Position numbers and translations under genes: made by a program. From Schmidtea polychroa (Eukaryota): DNA of 64,000 nt. Positions within the stretch are counted from its first letter, which is position 1; the number at the start of each line of letters is the position of its first letter. Location: NCBI GenBank assembly GCA_044892525.1, contig CM097887.1, forward strand, positions 26,784,001 through 26,848,000. Direction: 5' to 3'. Below the pieces are notes generated by a model, which saw nothing but the letters and a program-made list of their open reading frames with translations, had not been told where the DNA came from and ran no database searches. This document shows, piece by piece, positions 1 to 12,182 of this stretch.

Positions 1-602
1 TAAGGGTTGACATATTCTATGAGGATATTTTTCATGAACAAATGCATCTCTGGAAACTGGAAAATGGTAAAAATGAATTAGGAAATTCGTGATTTTAATT
101 TCAAATTAGCACTGAATAATTAATGGCCACAAACCTTCTGGCCCAAGGATAATGGCTCCGAAATTAGATTATTTGCAAATGAATTAAAAATTCATTGTTT
201 GATATTTTATCTTAAATTAGATTTTACTCTATTCTTCATTTTCAAATAAAATAGATTCTGATTGGTTTAAAATAAATAAAACAGTAAATTTTGATTAATA
301 TTTCATTTGAAATTTAAAACAAAAAAACGTAATCTTTGTTTTTATTTATTGAATAAAATCTATTTTGAACTATTTGAATAATAATAATAATTATTATTTT
401 ATAGTGGTTTTGAAGTTGTATCAAAAACTTCCACAAAAGTTAATTAAAAATTAATTAAAGACTTGCTAAATGTAAAATTTATAATTTTATGGGAAAAAAG
501 TGGCAAAAAGGCAAATACAATAATTTTAAATCAATACTTGGCACCAGAAGAAGAAATTGCTAAAATAAAAAACTAATTAATTAATTAATTATAATTTTGT
601 TT

Positions 603-780
603 TATAAGATAACGCCAATCAAACATTCTTTTCACGATATATTTCGACAGTTTTCCTGTCATCATCAGGTGGGATATAATAACTATGTAAATTAAAGATA
701 GTTATTATATCCCCTATGACGATGGCAGGAAACAGTCGAAATATATCGCGAAAAGAATGTTTGATTAGCGTTATCTTATA
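603..780. repeat. ~80-bp-arm inverted repeat made of two head-to-head copies of a hammerhead-bearing repeat (family H1)
   Basis: 603-684 is the near-perfect reverse complement of 700-780 (e.g. tataagataacgccaatcaaacattc vs gaatgtttgattagcgttatcttata), with a 15-nt spacer. Confidence 0.9.
633..671 (-). ncRNA. Minimal type I hammerhead ribozyme motif (family H1), apparently intact
   Basis: Minus strand reads CAC-CUGAUGA-U-GACAG(GAAAA)CUGUC-GAAA-UAUAU-C-GUG: canonical core, 5-bp stem II, palindromic AUAUAU stem III, AUC cleavage triplet, CAC/GUG stem I. This matches the architecture known for Penelope-associated minimal hammerheads. Confidence 0.7.
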
Positions 781-3440
781 ATTAAATCATTGCCATGTAT
801 GTTTAACTATTTTTTCAAAATTTTTGTTTTAATTAATAATATTTTTTGGAAAACAAAATGACCGAGCTTGACAGGCGTGATGATGGATTGTCAAACTGCG
901 AGAAGGTGATAAAATATTTACTTATTTATTTAGTGATATCCGAATAGTGTAATTGATAATGACTAAAGTGAGATTTAATGAAACCCAGTCAATTGAACTT
1001 TGTTTTAATATTGATATTACATAAATTTTATAATTAAATGATTTATTCCTTTTTAATTCAATATAAATACTATTTTTAGATTTTATGACAAAAGAGGTAA
1101 GACATATTTACAAAGCCTTTTCACCTAAAATGTTTTGTAAAAATGTTCTGTAAAAATGTTTTCTAAGTTAACTACAGTTTAAAGAGAAATTTACATATTT
1201 ATTTGGATTTGTTGAGCAGGATTGATTGATACTGCAGAAGAATTAGAGATCAAAAGATGTATTTTATGTAGGTTATACTACTATATGGTTATGCTATCTT
1301 TTTAGTTTGAGTAGTCAGTGTCTTTCTTTTTTAACAGATATCACATTTTGCAACAAGACTGGCCTTTCATAGTTCAGCCATATCATGATTAACTCTAACA
1401 TATAAAATAGCATGACACAAAGCCTATTCACGCTGAGTTTCCTATGTCATTAGGAATACGTTATCTTTTTTGGATTTCATTCCCCATAGAATACAATTTC
1501 TACAAGCTATAGATCTTCCACACTTATCTCAAGGTAACACAACAGAATTTGATCTTTACGTCTTCAAAATATATCAATACAGCGTCACCCTTCTTTTTAT
1601 AATTGACTAAATTTCAAATATAACCTACAATGGGACCCGGTTTCTTGAGTACTTTCCTTATTCGGTCTTCTTTGACATATCTGATAATAATAATTCTATT
1701 TTCCTTAATCCAAGCCGCATAGTCGAAAAGGGATTTAGCATTCATTAACTAATGGTTCTATTTCCAACCTTCTATCATACATTTATGTAATAATATTTTT
1801 TTTCTATTTCCAAGGTCACCAAGTTACCATGTTGAACGCCAGAATATTACTAAAATCTTTGAGCTCCAAGCCAAATATCTTTTCCAAGTTCCATATAATT
1901 TGCATGTAATTAGAAGCAAGGTTTATTGTACATGGTCTCAATGAAAACATGATGCTTGATACAAATCCAATCCCACGCGGCCTGAATATCTACAGTACTC
2001 AAGAAGCATTGTATATTTCTCACGGAACTCGACGTCTTATTGTACTGTAAAAATAAAATTAAGAAATTGTAATTAAACTACTTATTTAAAAACTTCAGCA
2101 TATCTATTTGACGATATATAAAATNNNNNNNNNNNNNNNNNNNNNNNNNNNNNNNNNNNNNNNNNNNNNNNNNNNNNNNNNNNNNNNNNNNNNNNNNNNN
2201 NNNNNNNNNNNNNNNNNNNNNNNNNNNNNNNNNNNNNNNNNNNNNNNNNNNNTAATTAAAAAATTATCCTTACAATAAACAAAATTCGTAGTTCATTTTC
2301 TATTAAGATTAGAATATGCTTATGAACATAGCAGGCAGATGTTAAAAATACCTTGATAAATTTCTGACCATTCACACCAAACCGGAGTAACGGATGTTAT
2401 TGCGTCAAAACATTTACTCTGCACCAAGAGAAAGCATTTATATATAAAACGAACGTAAAACAAGCTAATTTATTCCAAAAAAACTTTTCATCACAGAAAA
2501 TCAAAGTATTTACTTTTAACCATATTTTGGAATTATTTGAGTTTCAAAATCTGTTGGTCGTTTAATAAAAACAACATGTCCCATTGGATCAAGAAAAAAA
2601 CTCCCACCTTTAATGTAGGATCGCGCACGTTTAAAGATTAATTTAGAATCCCATTCATTCAAGCNNNNNNNNNNNNNNNNNNNNNNNNNNNNNNNNNNNN
2701 NNNNNNNNNNNNNNNNNNNNNNNNNNNNNNNNNNNNNNNNNNNNNNNNNNNNNNNNNNNNNNNNNNNNNNNNNNNNNNNNNNNNNNNNNNNNNNNNNNNN
2801 NNNNNNNNNNNATACCCAGTGCAAATCCCAATAGTAGACTAGTTTCGAGCTTTTGGCTCTCATCAGTACTATGCAGGAGACACGAAGATTTATCTTCGCG
2901 CCAGGTAAGTATACAATATTGCTGATTCAACTCTATTGCATACTTTCCCCGGTACACTGGAAATCACATCGCTTGCAGAATAGCTTAATCACAGAAAGAA
3001 AAAATAATAATAATTATTATTATAATAATAACAATATTAAATCACTCAACAATTTATGTTTCCTTAGATCGTATTTTCAGAAATAAAAATAATGAAAATG
3101 TCTGTATCAACTTTTTATATATAACGCTAGGTAAAAGTGTGCTACCTAGACAACTTTTTGGTACCCCCTCCTTTAATACTTATTAAATAACGGATACATA
3201 GTCCACTTCATACAGATAACTAAGTAAATTTCAAATTATGTGTAATTATTAATTACTTTTATATCATTATTTATTTAAATTCTTTTTAATAATATTAATT
3301 TTTAATTATTTTAATTTGTAAATTTTATAAGAAATTTTATAAAAAATTTATAAGTATTATTTTAATTATTAAGTTCTTTATAATTATTTGTAAATAATTT
3401 GAAAATAGCTTCATAAGTAATTTCATAATTATTGTAAGAA

Positions 3441-3565
3441 ATTTTTTTCAAATTTCACCACTGATTTCTTTACAATTCACATTGTATTTATTAAAAAGCT
3501 TGACTATGAATCAGTAAATATGTCTATGTTTTTTTGATATTCACAAATTTTCGGCACTGCCTTTT
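3441..3565 (-). mobile_element. Penelope pseudo-LTR fragment (family A) with the 3' half of hammerhead H2
   Basis: Reverse complement aaggcagtgccgaaaatttgtgaatatc...catagtcaagctttttaataaatacaatg...aaatcagtggtgaaatttgaaaaaa aligns with 45500-45613, which follows a Penelope GIY-YIG ORF. Confidence 0.75.
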
Positions 3566-4179
3566 GGAAAAAATATTTGTAAATCTTATTTTACTTAATT
3601 TTTTCTTTATTTGAAAATAATTCACGCCAATAATTTAAATATTTTTAATTTGTAATAAATTTCCAATCAGTTTAATTAAACTTTAATTTGTGTAATATTT
3701 AATAATATTTTTTAAATTTGAATATAATTTAAATCAAATTTAATATATTTAGACAATTTTTTTTAAATATTATTTTGTAATAAAATTTTCCTAATTCAAA
3801 TGTTTTTACATGCAATAGTTATATTTAAACAAACTTTCTTTAAATATTTTACATGTGTTTTTAATAATTTATATAACCTTAAATATTTGTTTCACCATTT
3901 GAATAAAAGCTTAAGGATTTTTGTAATTAACGATGGAGAAATCAAACTCTGTGCTTCCTTTATTACTGGTACTTTCTTGGGGATAGTTTAAAGAAATTAA
4001 ATGAAAAGAGTTGTTGAACGCACAGAATTATGAAGTAACTATAAGTGAAACCGAAAAGTAGAAGTAAATTTAAAAAAAAACAAAGGTCTCCAATATATCT
4101 AATTGATGTTTTATTCAATTGTTTTATTTAATTTTTTGTTTTATTTTATTTAATTGTTTTATTTATTTGATGTTTTTTT

Positions 4180-4600
4180 AATTGATCCGGACATAGTTAA
4201 TTAAAAAATTAATTAGAAAAAAAGCTATAATTAATATACAAAACAACAATATTTTATGTTTCATATACGGTGTTTTGGCTATACTAAAATATGATGAAAT
4301 TAATGAACATAAAAAAGAGCTAAAAAATATTTGTCATTCATGATGCAATTAGTATATGATTCTTATGATATTCTATTGAAACTATGTGATATCCAGAAAT
4401 TCGAGAACAAATATCCGGGTTTGGCAATCAACTTATTGACCTATAATAATAACAACTCAATGGCTATGAATGATATTGTAATGAAACACCCACATTTAGA
4501 TATAATTCATCGAGCAAATGTAACTGGAGTGAATCCGATTTATTTATTATTGGTAGAAGATGGTAAAGAAAAAAAGACATGAAATTCTTGGTGGCCTTTT
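4180..4600 (+). pseudogene. Polinton/Maverick protein-primed DNA polymerase B N-terminal region, disrupted
   Basis: Frames read KKAIINIQNNNILCFIYGVLAIL...HKKEL, then IQKFENKYPGLAINLLTY...IYLLLVEDGKEK, resembling the Polinton KAIINxKNxDxxCF / KFExxNxxISINV / LLLIxxxxHY series. Stops and frameshifts present. Confidence 0.7.
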
Positions 4601-6449
4601 TTCTTTATCATATGATTTTTAATCCAGAATATTAATGTCTAAGTAATTTAATTATCCAAATTTTTCATTCTCACTATGGAAAACAAAAATACAATTTATA
4701 AATTATTTTACTCATTTCTATTTTTATGTGCTTTTTGAGAACTTGTCTGAGAATGGAAAAATGAATGAATAAATAAAAGATTTTTTTTTCAGTGTTGCCA
4801 ATTATTTATTTTATGTAAAAATCTAATAAACATTTCTGACACACTTCGATCAAAATGTTACAGTTTACTATGTGATACGAATACGCCATAAGCAAAAGGG
4901 GCATCAATGAAAGATACAGACATTAAACAACAGTCTTATCTGGATTTAGAATAGATACCAGCAACAATCAGTTGAATAGTTTTCGAACTACTAAAGTCAC
5001 GCTTACAAATAATGATGATGAAAGGGTTTGAGTTGAAAAGAATGAAAGTTTGGCAGAAAGTCATTATATCATGTCAAAATAATCAAACTGCTCATTGCGG
5101 CTCATTAAAAATAAAATGAATTTAAATAAAAACAAATAATTAAAATCAATTAAAAATAAATAAAAATAAAAAAAGAATTGATAGTTAAGTAAAATAATTA
5201 ATTAATAAAATTAAAATAAAATAATATAAAATTATTATTAATAAAAAGAATTTAAATAAATAATTAAATAAAAGTAATTAATAATTATACATAATTTAAA
5301 ATTATCGAGTGGAATATTTATCTGTTATTTATTGAGTAATAAGGGGGGGGATACCAAAAAGTGATCTTAGCGAGAACGCGATCATCTACTGAATTTTGTC
5401 TTTTTATTGGCTTTTATTAAAATAGTTTTTCTTTATAAAGCCATACCAAGATTAATATGGAAATATATCTATTACAAAACTTTAATGCCGAATACAAGTA
5501 TCAAAATTTTAGTCCGATATTCCCAACCCCAATTTTGATGTATGAGCCTAATTGATCACAATTTGAACAAATGATATTCATAGACCTACTTAAATATCTA
5601 TTCGATCTTTTGGAAAAAGGAACTTAACCTTTTCCCACTACTTAGTTGCGAAAGTTCTTTAATGTCATTATTTGTTTATTGTATGGGAGATAGGCATTAT
5701 ATTATTATTACACTTATCCTTCCAGTGGACATGGTACGTACCCAATACATTAGTCCACAGTACTAACTATTTGACTTGAAGGGATATAGAAAGTTTATGA
5801 GCACTGAACATTGTTATGTAGGTCATCAATTTGTTTTAATTATCGCATCTTGTTTTAATTATATAAAAATATTCAAATCATAATAAATTTTTTTCTCAGA
5901 ATTATATTTCTTAGAAACTCTACAACGAATTCATTGAAACAATTGGAAAATCAATTTAATTATGTCCAATAATGTAGATCTTAAAAACAAAAGTGGAGAT
6001 ATTAACATATTTTTGGCCACTTGATTCTGAAGTGCACCGTTGCTATCAAAAGCCCTACTTTTCAATATTTGAATAGTTATAATTGTCGAAAATATATTTA
6101 ATGTTTCATTGATTATATTTTGTCATGACAAAGATGATGGATGACATTCACTACAGANNNNNNNNNNNNNNNNNNNNNNNNNNNNNNNNNNNNNNNNNNN
6201 NNNNNNNNNNNNNNNNNNNNNNNNNNNNNNNNNNNNNNNNNNNNNNNNNNNNNNNNNNNNNNNNNNNNNNNNNNNNNNNNNNNNNNNNNNNNNNNNNNNN
6301 NNNNNNNNNGTAGCAGCATTAATTATATTTTAAAACAATTAAAGTATAATTAAACTCTTTTTCTTCGAATAATATATTTAAAACAAATGAAAAAATTTTC
6401 GACTATAAATCAAAAAAAATCTTATAGTCTACATTTTTCTCATTTTTTA

Positions 6450-6930
6450 TAGATGCTGGAAGTTTGGGTACTACAAAAGTTAATTATAATACCCTTCAAT
6501 CGATCTGAACTTTCGAAAGAATGGATTGTTCTCGACGATAAAACTATCTACCAAAATTCCAACTTGATCCGGTCGCTGGATGTGGGTTAATTTGCGTGGC
6601 TAATACAAATTTTCAAACATTCAAACATACAAAAAAATGAAGTTAATATAGAAAGTTTAAAAATGATTTATTATTTAAATTGTTTAAATTGTTTTAATTT
6701 CAGTTCTACCTGATGATGAAAGTGAGTCCGTCAAAATATATTGTAGTTTAATATTTTCTGGATTGGGGTTTTTACTTATTTTTATTTAAAATTGATATAA
6801 TTAATAAAAATATTCAAAAATCTATAATTTCTATTGTTATTCTATCCTACTTGATGATGAAAGGAAAACTGTCTAAATATATTGTAAAATGAATGTTTGA
6901 TTGACGCTTTCTTATAATTAAATCGTTGGC
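6450..6930 (+). mobile_element. Penelope-like 3' end relic with two degenerate H1 hammerheads (6706-6746, 6847-6886)
   Basis: CTAC-CTGATGAT...AAAATATATT-GTAG (stem I CTAC/GTAG) and CTAC-TTGATGATGAAAGGAAAACTGTCTAAATATATTGTA. The upstream frame LEVWVLQKLIIIPFNRSELSKEW weakly resembles a GIY-YIG C-terminus. Confidence 0.5.
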
Positions 6931-7812
6931 AGAAAGTTTAACTATTTATTTAATTTATAATATTATTAAATATATTCATTGTTTTTATAAATTTATATAT
7001 TAACAATATTTATAATTTTATATATACTTTCATCGTTAATATTTGCAGAATTCTGCAAATATTGTTTCCAACATTAATTTAGTAGGAAATGCAAAAGGAA
7101 ATGTAAATACTACACAAAATATATAAATAAANNNNNNNNNNNNNNNNNNNNNNNNNNNNNNNNNNNNNNNNNNNNNNNNNNNNNNNNNNNNNNNNNNNNN
7201 NNNNNNNNNNNNNNNNNNNNNNNNNNNNNNNNNNNNNNNNNNNNNNNNNNNNNNNNNNNNNNNNNNNNNNNNNNNNNNNNNNNNNNNNNNNNNNNNNNNN
7301 NNNNNNNNNNNNNNNNNNNNNNNNNNNNNNNNNNNNNNNNNNNNNNNNNNNNNNNNNNNNNNNNNNNNNNNNNNNNNNNNNNNNNNNNNNNNNNNNNNNN
7401 NNNNNNNNNNNNNNNNNNNNNNNNNNNNNNNNNNNNNNNNNNNNNNNNNNNNNNNNNNNNNNNNNNNNNNNNNNNNNNNNNNNNNNNNNNNNNNNNNNNN
7501 NNNNNNNNNNNNNNNNNNNNNNNNNNNNNNNNNNNNNNNNNNNNNNNNNNNNNNNNNNNNNNNNNNNNNNNNNNNNNNNNNNNNNNNNNNATGTTATAAA
7601 ATATTTTGGATGTTAACTTGAGAGTATGAGGACTGTTGTTGCAAAGTTAAAATGTAATGAACAATTAAATTTTATTTTTAATTTATGATCAATAAACCTT
7701 TTGGGCGTGGAATATTTTAATTTTAAAAACAAGTATTATTTAAATTTGAATTATCTTAAAATATTTTGTAATTTATATAATAAATCCATAATATGTATTT
7801 TATTTAGCCCAA

Positions 7813-7880
7813 TTAATGATGACAGTGAGTCTGTCGAAATATATTGTAAAATGAATGTTTGAGTGGTGCCTTCTAATAGT
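7813..7880 (+). repeat. H1 hammerhead relic plus H1 tail
   Basis: atgat-GACAG-tgagt-CTGTC-GAAA-tatatt-gta followed by aaatgaatgtttgagtggtgccttc. Stem II and GAAA are intact; the core 5' end is mutated. Confidence 0.6.
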
Positions 7881-8149
7881 AAAAANNNNNNNNNNNNNNN
7901 NNNNNNNNNNNNNNNNNNNNNNNNNNNNNNNNNNNNNNNNNNNNNNNNNNNNNNNNNNNNNNNNNNNNNNNNNNNNNNNNNNNNNNNNNNNNNNNNNNNN
8001 NNNNNNNNNNNNNNNNNNNNNNNNNNNNNNNNNNNNNNNNNNNNNNNNNNNNNNNNNNNNNNNNNNNNNNNNNNNNNNNNNNNNNNNNNNNNNNNNNNNN
8101 AAATAAAAAAATTGAAATAAAATATAGGATAATAATTCAAATGGAAAGT

Positions 8150-9120
8150 AAGCGAGGAAAAATGGCAAATAAAAGCGGGATCGTGCACAGAATTAATAGT
8201 AAAGGAAAGTGCGATGGAAACAGTATTAGAAAATGCAAAAAGCAATTACGAAAGGCGAGAATCCGGAAATCCGAGAAAAATCAATAAATGGAAAAATCAT
8301 CGAAATCGAATGGGAAAAACGGGACAGGTATAGATTAGCTAATGGTCAACAAGATGATGGTTAGGGATTTATCAGAAAAGAGTTAGGAAGGGTCGAAAAA
8401 CATTCAAACGTATGAAAACAGAAAACGTTAATTAATTAATTAATTGGCTAATGAAAAACCCGAGCTAATGGGAAACCCGAGCCAATGGAGAACCCGAGAG
8501 ATAAAGGAAACCCGAGTTGGGTAAACAAGAAGAAAGGCAAACAAAAGGAAGATTTGGGCCCATTAGCTTGACACAATGAATAATGGGAAAAGAGTAAGGA
8601 GAAGATAGCGCGCGTAGGAAGACCGGTAGGGTCATTAATTATCTGGATTCGTTGGACCATTATGGATGACAGCCGAAGCAAACACGTAGGAGAAAATGTC
8701 AAACGAAAGATTGGCTCGGCAATAACCATTTGTCATCCCGATTTCGAGGAGTATATAAGCAAAGGGAAAATCAGAGAAAATCGGCATTTTGCCTCAGGTA
8801 GGGTAAGAAGAATCGAGAATAGTCGAGAGGTAAAAACGAATTTAGGGAAGTAGGGAAAAGAAGAAATAGAATTAAGAATACGGAAAGGCAGAAAGGGATC
8901 AAACCAAAGAGAAACCGAGGAAAAAGAGAGTCGAGAGAACTAAAGGAACAAAAGGTGAATATTGTTTGTTGGCAAAGCATCAACGCCGAGCGGAGAATCG
9001 TATAAAACTTTGATTGGTAATTGTAGCGTGATAATAAATTGTGAACCTGTTGTTTCAATATACGTTGGGTCGTTCATTGTTTTAATTTAAAGAACACCAG
9101 GAGTCAGAGAGAACCGACTT
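8150..9120 (+). mobile_element. Heavily decayed, purine-skewed retroelement-like sequence (class uncertain)
   Basis: Strong A/G skew, raised GC, four degenerate aaacccgag repeats at 8456-8520. Only weak pol-like peptide fragments on either strand. Confidence 0.25.
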
Positions 9121-9649
9121 GAANNNNNNNNNNNNNNNNNNNNNNNNNNNNNNNNNNNNNNNNNNNNNNNNNNNNNNNNNNNNNNNNNNNNNNNNNNNNN
9201 NNNNNNNNNNNNNNNNNNNNNNNNNNNNNNNNNNNNNNNNNNNNNNNNNNNNNNNNNNNNNNNNNNNNNNNNNNNNNNNNNNNNNNNNNNNNNNNNNNNN
9301 NNNNNNNNNNNNNNNNNNNNNNNNNNNNNNNNNNNNNNNNNNNNNNNNNNNNNNNNNNNNNNNNNNNNNNNNNNNNNNNNNNNNNNNNNNNNNNNNNNNN
9401 NNNNNNNNNNNNNNNNNNNNNNNNNNNNNNNNNNNNNNNNNNNNNTAGAAAAAATTAGAAAAAACAAATTATTTATTTTTCTACTAAATTTTAAAACTTA
9501 AACTACAAAATCTAAAATCAATATTTTTTAAAATTTATAAAAACTTTAAAGATTCAATTGTAATTTTCTACATCGTGTTGCCTAAATTAATTTTTCGCTT
9601 TTTTTTCTAAAAATGATTATAAACAAAACATTTTTCTCTAGTTAAAAAA

Positions 9650-10000
9650 TTGGAGTTGGGTAGTTCAGTCTGCATCTTATAAGCATTGTCTCTTTAGTTC
9701 TGACAGTTTTCAAATCGTGATTTCTGTTTGTAGTGTTGATGAAGACATCATTTACATATCTCACATAGAAACATATTGTATTCTTATCAAAGTTTGTCGT
9801 TTGAAATGAGTTTTGATAATACAATAATCTTAAAAAAAGATAACAACAACAAGAACAGTAAGAATTATCAAATAAAAAAGTCATCCCATTTAGTGTCCAA
9901 AAGGATAAAACCAGAGTCCTGGTAACATGATAGATGAACTTGCTAATATTTGGGGTCAAAGATATTACATACGTAACGCAATTCTTTCATGTAAAGAGTC
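9650..10000 (-). pseudogene. Penelope-type reverse transcriptase relic
   Basis: Minus-strand frame contains FYVRYVNDVFI (cf. FYxRYVDDxF) preceded by FLFDNSY and YYQN. Confidence 0.45.
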
Positions 10001-11994
10001 CAACACTAAGTTGTAATAATTTTAAAGTAAATTAATAAAAATTAACAGTTTTCAAAACAGTAGTAAATGTGAGTATGACATAAAATTATTAATTATTAAA
10101 TTTTCGCTTTATTAACTGACTTTGCCCGGGATAGATTCAAACTCACTCTTTATTCATTATAATTAATTTTATTCATCTTGTTGTTACAAATAATTTAATT
10201 ATTTGTCTATATACATTATTTTAGTCTTTTTTTGGTTATCGGCGATGATGAATAATGATAAAGGAAGCTACATTCTTGACATTTCCATATACAGCTGTTC
10301 ATACGAGAAGCACTTGTCTGTCAAAATTGCTCATGCGCCTTATTGACTGTGATTGTAAATGCAAACATATGTAGATTCTATTTTATAGCATGGGTTAAAT
10401 TAATGAATTCGTGAATATAAATATTAATTATAAAAATATTATTACACTGTTTTCCCGATATAAGCCACGGCTTATTAGTAAACATTTAAAAATGATTAAA
10501 ATAACACTCGTTATAGGAGTGCGGATTATTATAAGAACGCGGTTTATAAAGAGTAACGTATTAATAGAGTTACTTAATAGAGTAATAAGTGAAAATCTTA
10601 TTTGTAAGAATATCAGTTAGTTAGGAGCGATTTATTAGAAAGGGGCGGCTTAAAACGGAAAACCGCTAAAACAATGGTAAAGTTTCTATTTTAATAAATT
10701 TATATCATCAAACGTTTTTATGATCCTAACAATGAGCGAGTAGTCAGCCTATGTAAAATTGCTGTAAATTTACCTTCTCATTTAAACAACCTTCTGCAAC
10801 CTTTAATATTGATTTTTCAGTATAAAAAATATATTTTTTAATTTTTAAAAAACAAAGTGAAAATAAAAACATTACGATCTACAAACGTACAGCAAATTTT
10901 TTCTACTTGATTGAAAATAAAAAAATAAACCTCAATAATTCTTTTTTTACAGATCCACACTCTCATTAAATGGGATGCATAAATGGTTTATAAATAACCG
11001 AATAAAACAATGCCCGACATAATTAGGATGCAAATATATCATGTATAATATTATACAAATTTCTCATGTCCTTTAAGTGTTATATTTTTACTTAATTTAA
11101 ACAACAGAAGCAATATCTGAATTTTAGAAAAAATGGTAAAATAATGGTTTTATTGGCCGTCTAAATGCAAAATTAATGATCGGAAGATTTTTAAAGTATT
11201 TATTTCTCTTTTCAAAATTTTTATAAAAGCAGCCTTTTCCCTTTATCCTTATTTCCTTTATAGACTATCGATCAATATTTGTTTTACAAAAATAAACTAG
11301 ATAATCATAAAACATTTTTAGACATTTTGTTTTTTTTACAATTCAGTGAAGAAAAGTAAAAAGTTGACTTAAAACCAAATGAAAAGAGTTTCAGGTATCG
11401 AAATTATAAGAAAAAGCTTATTATCATTTCAGAAGAGTAAGACGTTGTAGTAAATTTTTAATGATGGAAACCGTTTTAGATCAGCCAGCTCTAATTCATG
11501 TCATTTTTGGGTCGAGATTTTAGAAATTATCTTTTACACGTTTTTTAATTACGACTTTTGTTGATTATTTTAAAAAGATTTTAGTAATATAATAGTGGCC
11601 AAAAGTTTAGGACTCTTTCTAATATTATTGTTAGATGACAGAGGAGGGTTCATCAACAACTTTGAGTTGACCAAATATTATAGAGCGGGCCAAAACAAGT
11701 ACCACGTGAACTTAAATACGGGAAAAGGATGAACATCAAAAGAAGCCATGTCAACATTACAAAAGCCGAAACCAGAATCAAATGAAGACATTCTCACTTG
11801 ACTTAATCCCATCTGATCTATATGCGTTTTAACATTTTAACGGACATGTCATTATGATGATATCTGGCATTTTTATCTGATCCTTTATATTATTTATTTT
11901 ATCCTCTTTATTGTAGTAATTTGCATTAGACATTTTATATAGTAATTTATAATTAATTTATTGTACATATTGTACATATAATTTATTTTATCCT

Positions 11995-12182
11995 CAGTAC
12001 CGGCCTTAGACAATTTGGTGCTACATAAAAAGTGCTATATAAAAAGTGATATTAGTAGCACGAAACACAGCAAATAATTTTCATGATATTTTTAAATTTT
12101 AATTTTTCATAATTTTGTCTCCCCATAAAATAATGCCGCTCTTGGCAGCCGCTTATGCCGCCTACACCTAAAGCCGGCACTA
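11995..12182. mobile_element. Short hAT-like MITE
   Basis: Terminal inverted repeats CAGTACCGGCCTTAG / CTAAAGCCGGCACTA. No 8-bp TSD seen. Confidence 0.45.

Larger units (their letters stand above)
3153..5390. mobile_element. Degenerate Polinton/Maverick-derived element with long terminal inverted repeats
   Basis: About 3153-3310 is an imperfect inverted repeat of about 5215-5362 (actttttggtaccccc...taaataac...aattacttttat...atttaaattcttttt). The right end reads 5'-AGTAG on the minus strand. Internal pPolB-associated motifs are present. The left terminus and TSD are not recognisable. Confidence 0.55.
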
